Part shown: piece after piece, positions 63,257 to 64,000 of the stretch | Layout: each line of letters begins with the position of its first letter | Position numbering within the stretch: the first letter of the stretch is position 1 | NCBI GenBank assembly: GCA_016748015.1 | Contig: JAAOMT010000760.1 | Location: 234,219 to 298,218 of the forward strand | Length of the DNA stretch: 64,000 nucleotides | Direction: 5' to 3' | Source: Geosiphon pyriformis uo1 | Taxonomy: Eukaryota > Fungi > Glomeromycota | Program-made: the position numbers and the translations under genes | The notes under the pieces: model-generated | What the model was told of the DNA's origin: nothing | The model's input: the letters and a program-made list of their open reading frames with translations, nothing else | Database searches by the model: none

Positions 63257-64000
63257 AGACTGAGCTCCATCAAAGTCCAAATATTGTCTGTAATTTCCAG
63301 ATAATAATCCAAAATTATTGAAAAAATTTGGTCTGAAAATTGCTGAAATTTCAGTTCTGTGAGCTTTCCAATGTATTGAATCTTCAAAGGTTGTAAAATT
63401 GGGTTTTGTAGGACGTTTTTACAGGCATAAAATAGGTCATAAAGTTTAAGAGCAGTTCTTAGTTTATAATAACTGTTTGTAGGTCCAGCTGTTGTCTTGA
63501 ATTCATTGTGGAGTTGTTTCCAAATAGCTTCTTTTGTGAGGTTTGCTGCTGTAAGCTCCTGTTTTTGTTCATGAAGTGTTTTTTCAATGTAGAAATATTT
63601 ATATATAGGAGTATAGTCGTAGTTTTCTTCATTAAGATACAGTTAAAGTTTTTGTTGAATAGTAGCATTCAGTGGAATACTAATAGGAATGAGCATTAAG
63701 TTTTCTCTTAAAGCAAGCTTTAAAAGTTCTGGCAGGTAAATTCCAGAATAACTTCTTGTGTTCTTCTTATATGGGTGATATTTTCGTAAATTTGGGGCTA
63801 AATTTGTGACTACTTCTGTTTGGATATAATTAATGTGGTTTTCAGTAACAGTAATAGATAATTTGGGTATTGTTTTTAAAGCTAACATTAGTTTTTGGGA
63901 TAATTGTTGAATGTTTTAAGGAATAGTCATTATAGGAGATTTGAAAATAAAAGAAAATTATTTTTGGTGTATGGGTTTTTTTTATATTGTTTTTGTTTTG
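63257..64000 (-). pseudogene. 3'-terminal ORF of the family-2 LTR element, related to ORF3 of family 1
   Basis: 63643..63888 continues past one stop as LYLNEENYDYTPIYKYFYIEK...KLRTALKLYDLF... into 63199..63387. Confidence 0.65.

Overview
This is a eukaryotic, very AT-rich, transposon-dominated window. The element families and intron style suggest a Glomeromycotina fungus such as Geosiphon (inference only). One intact host gene is present: a 15-exon WD40 gene at 42253-45918 resembling the Raf1/Clr8/DIM-9 heterochromatin DCAF, on a CpG-retaining island. The rest is nested, inactivated mobile DNA: (1) five LINE copies with 5' ends (ORF1 RRM+CCHC; ORF2 APE-RT-RNase H-CCHC; two full length) plus two 3' remnants; (2) two ORF1-only non-autonomous LINE derivatives; (3) two Ty3/Gypsy elements with dUTPase in pol and an extra post-integrase ORF; (4) two solo LTRs with 4-bp TSDs; (5) two LTRs of a second LTR family; (6) one hAT transposon with an 8-bp TSD. 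The repeats decay almost only by C>T/G>A transitions, grading into very AT-rich deserts. Main leads: a soluble ORF3 shared by two LTR families, ORF1-only LINE parasites sharing a structured 3' tail, a non-CpA repeat hypermutation signature, and YR/CpG-centred LTR target sites. All alignments were done by eye, so boundaries of degenerate elements are approximate.
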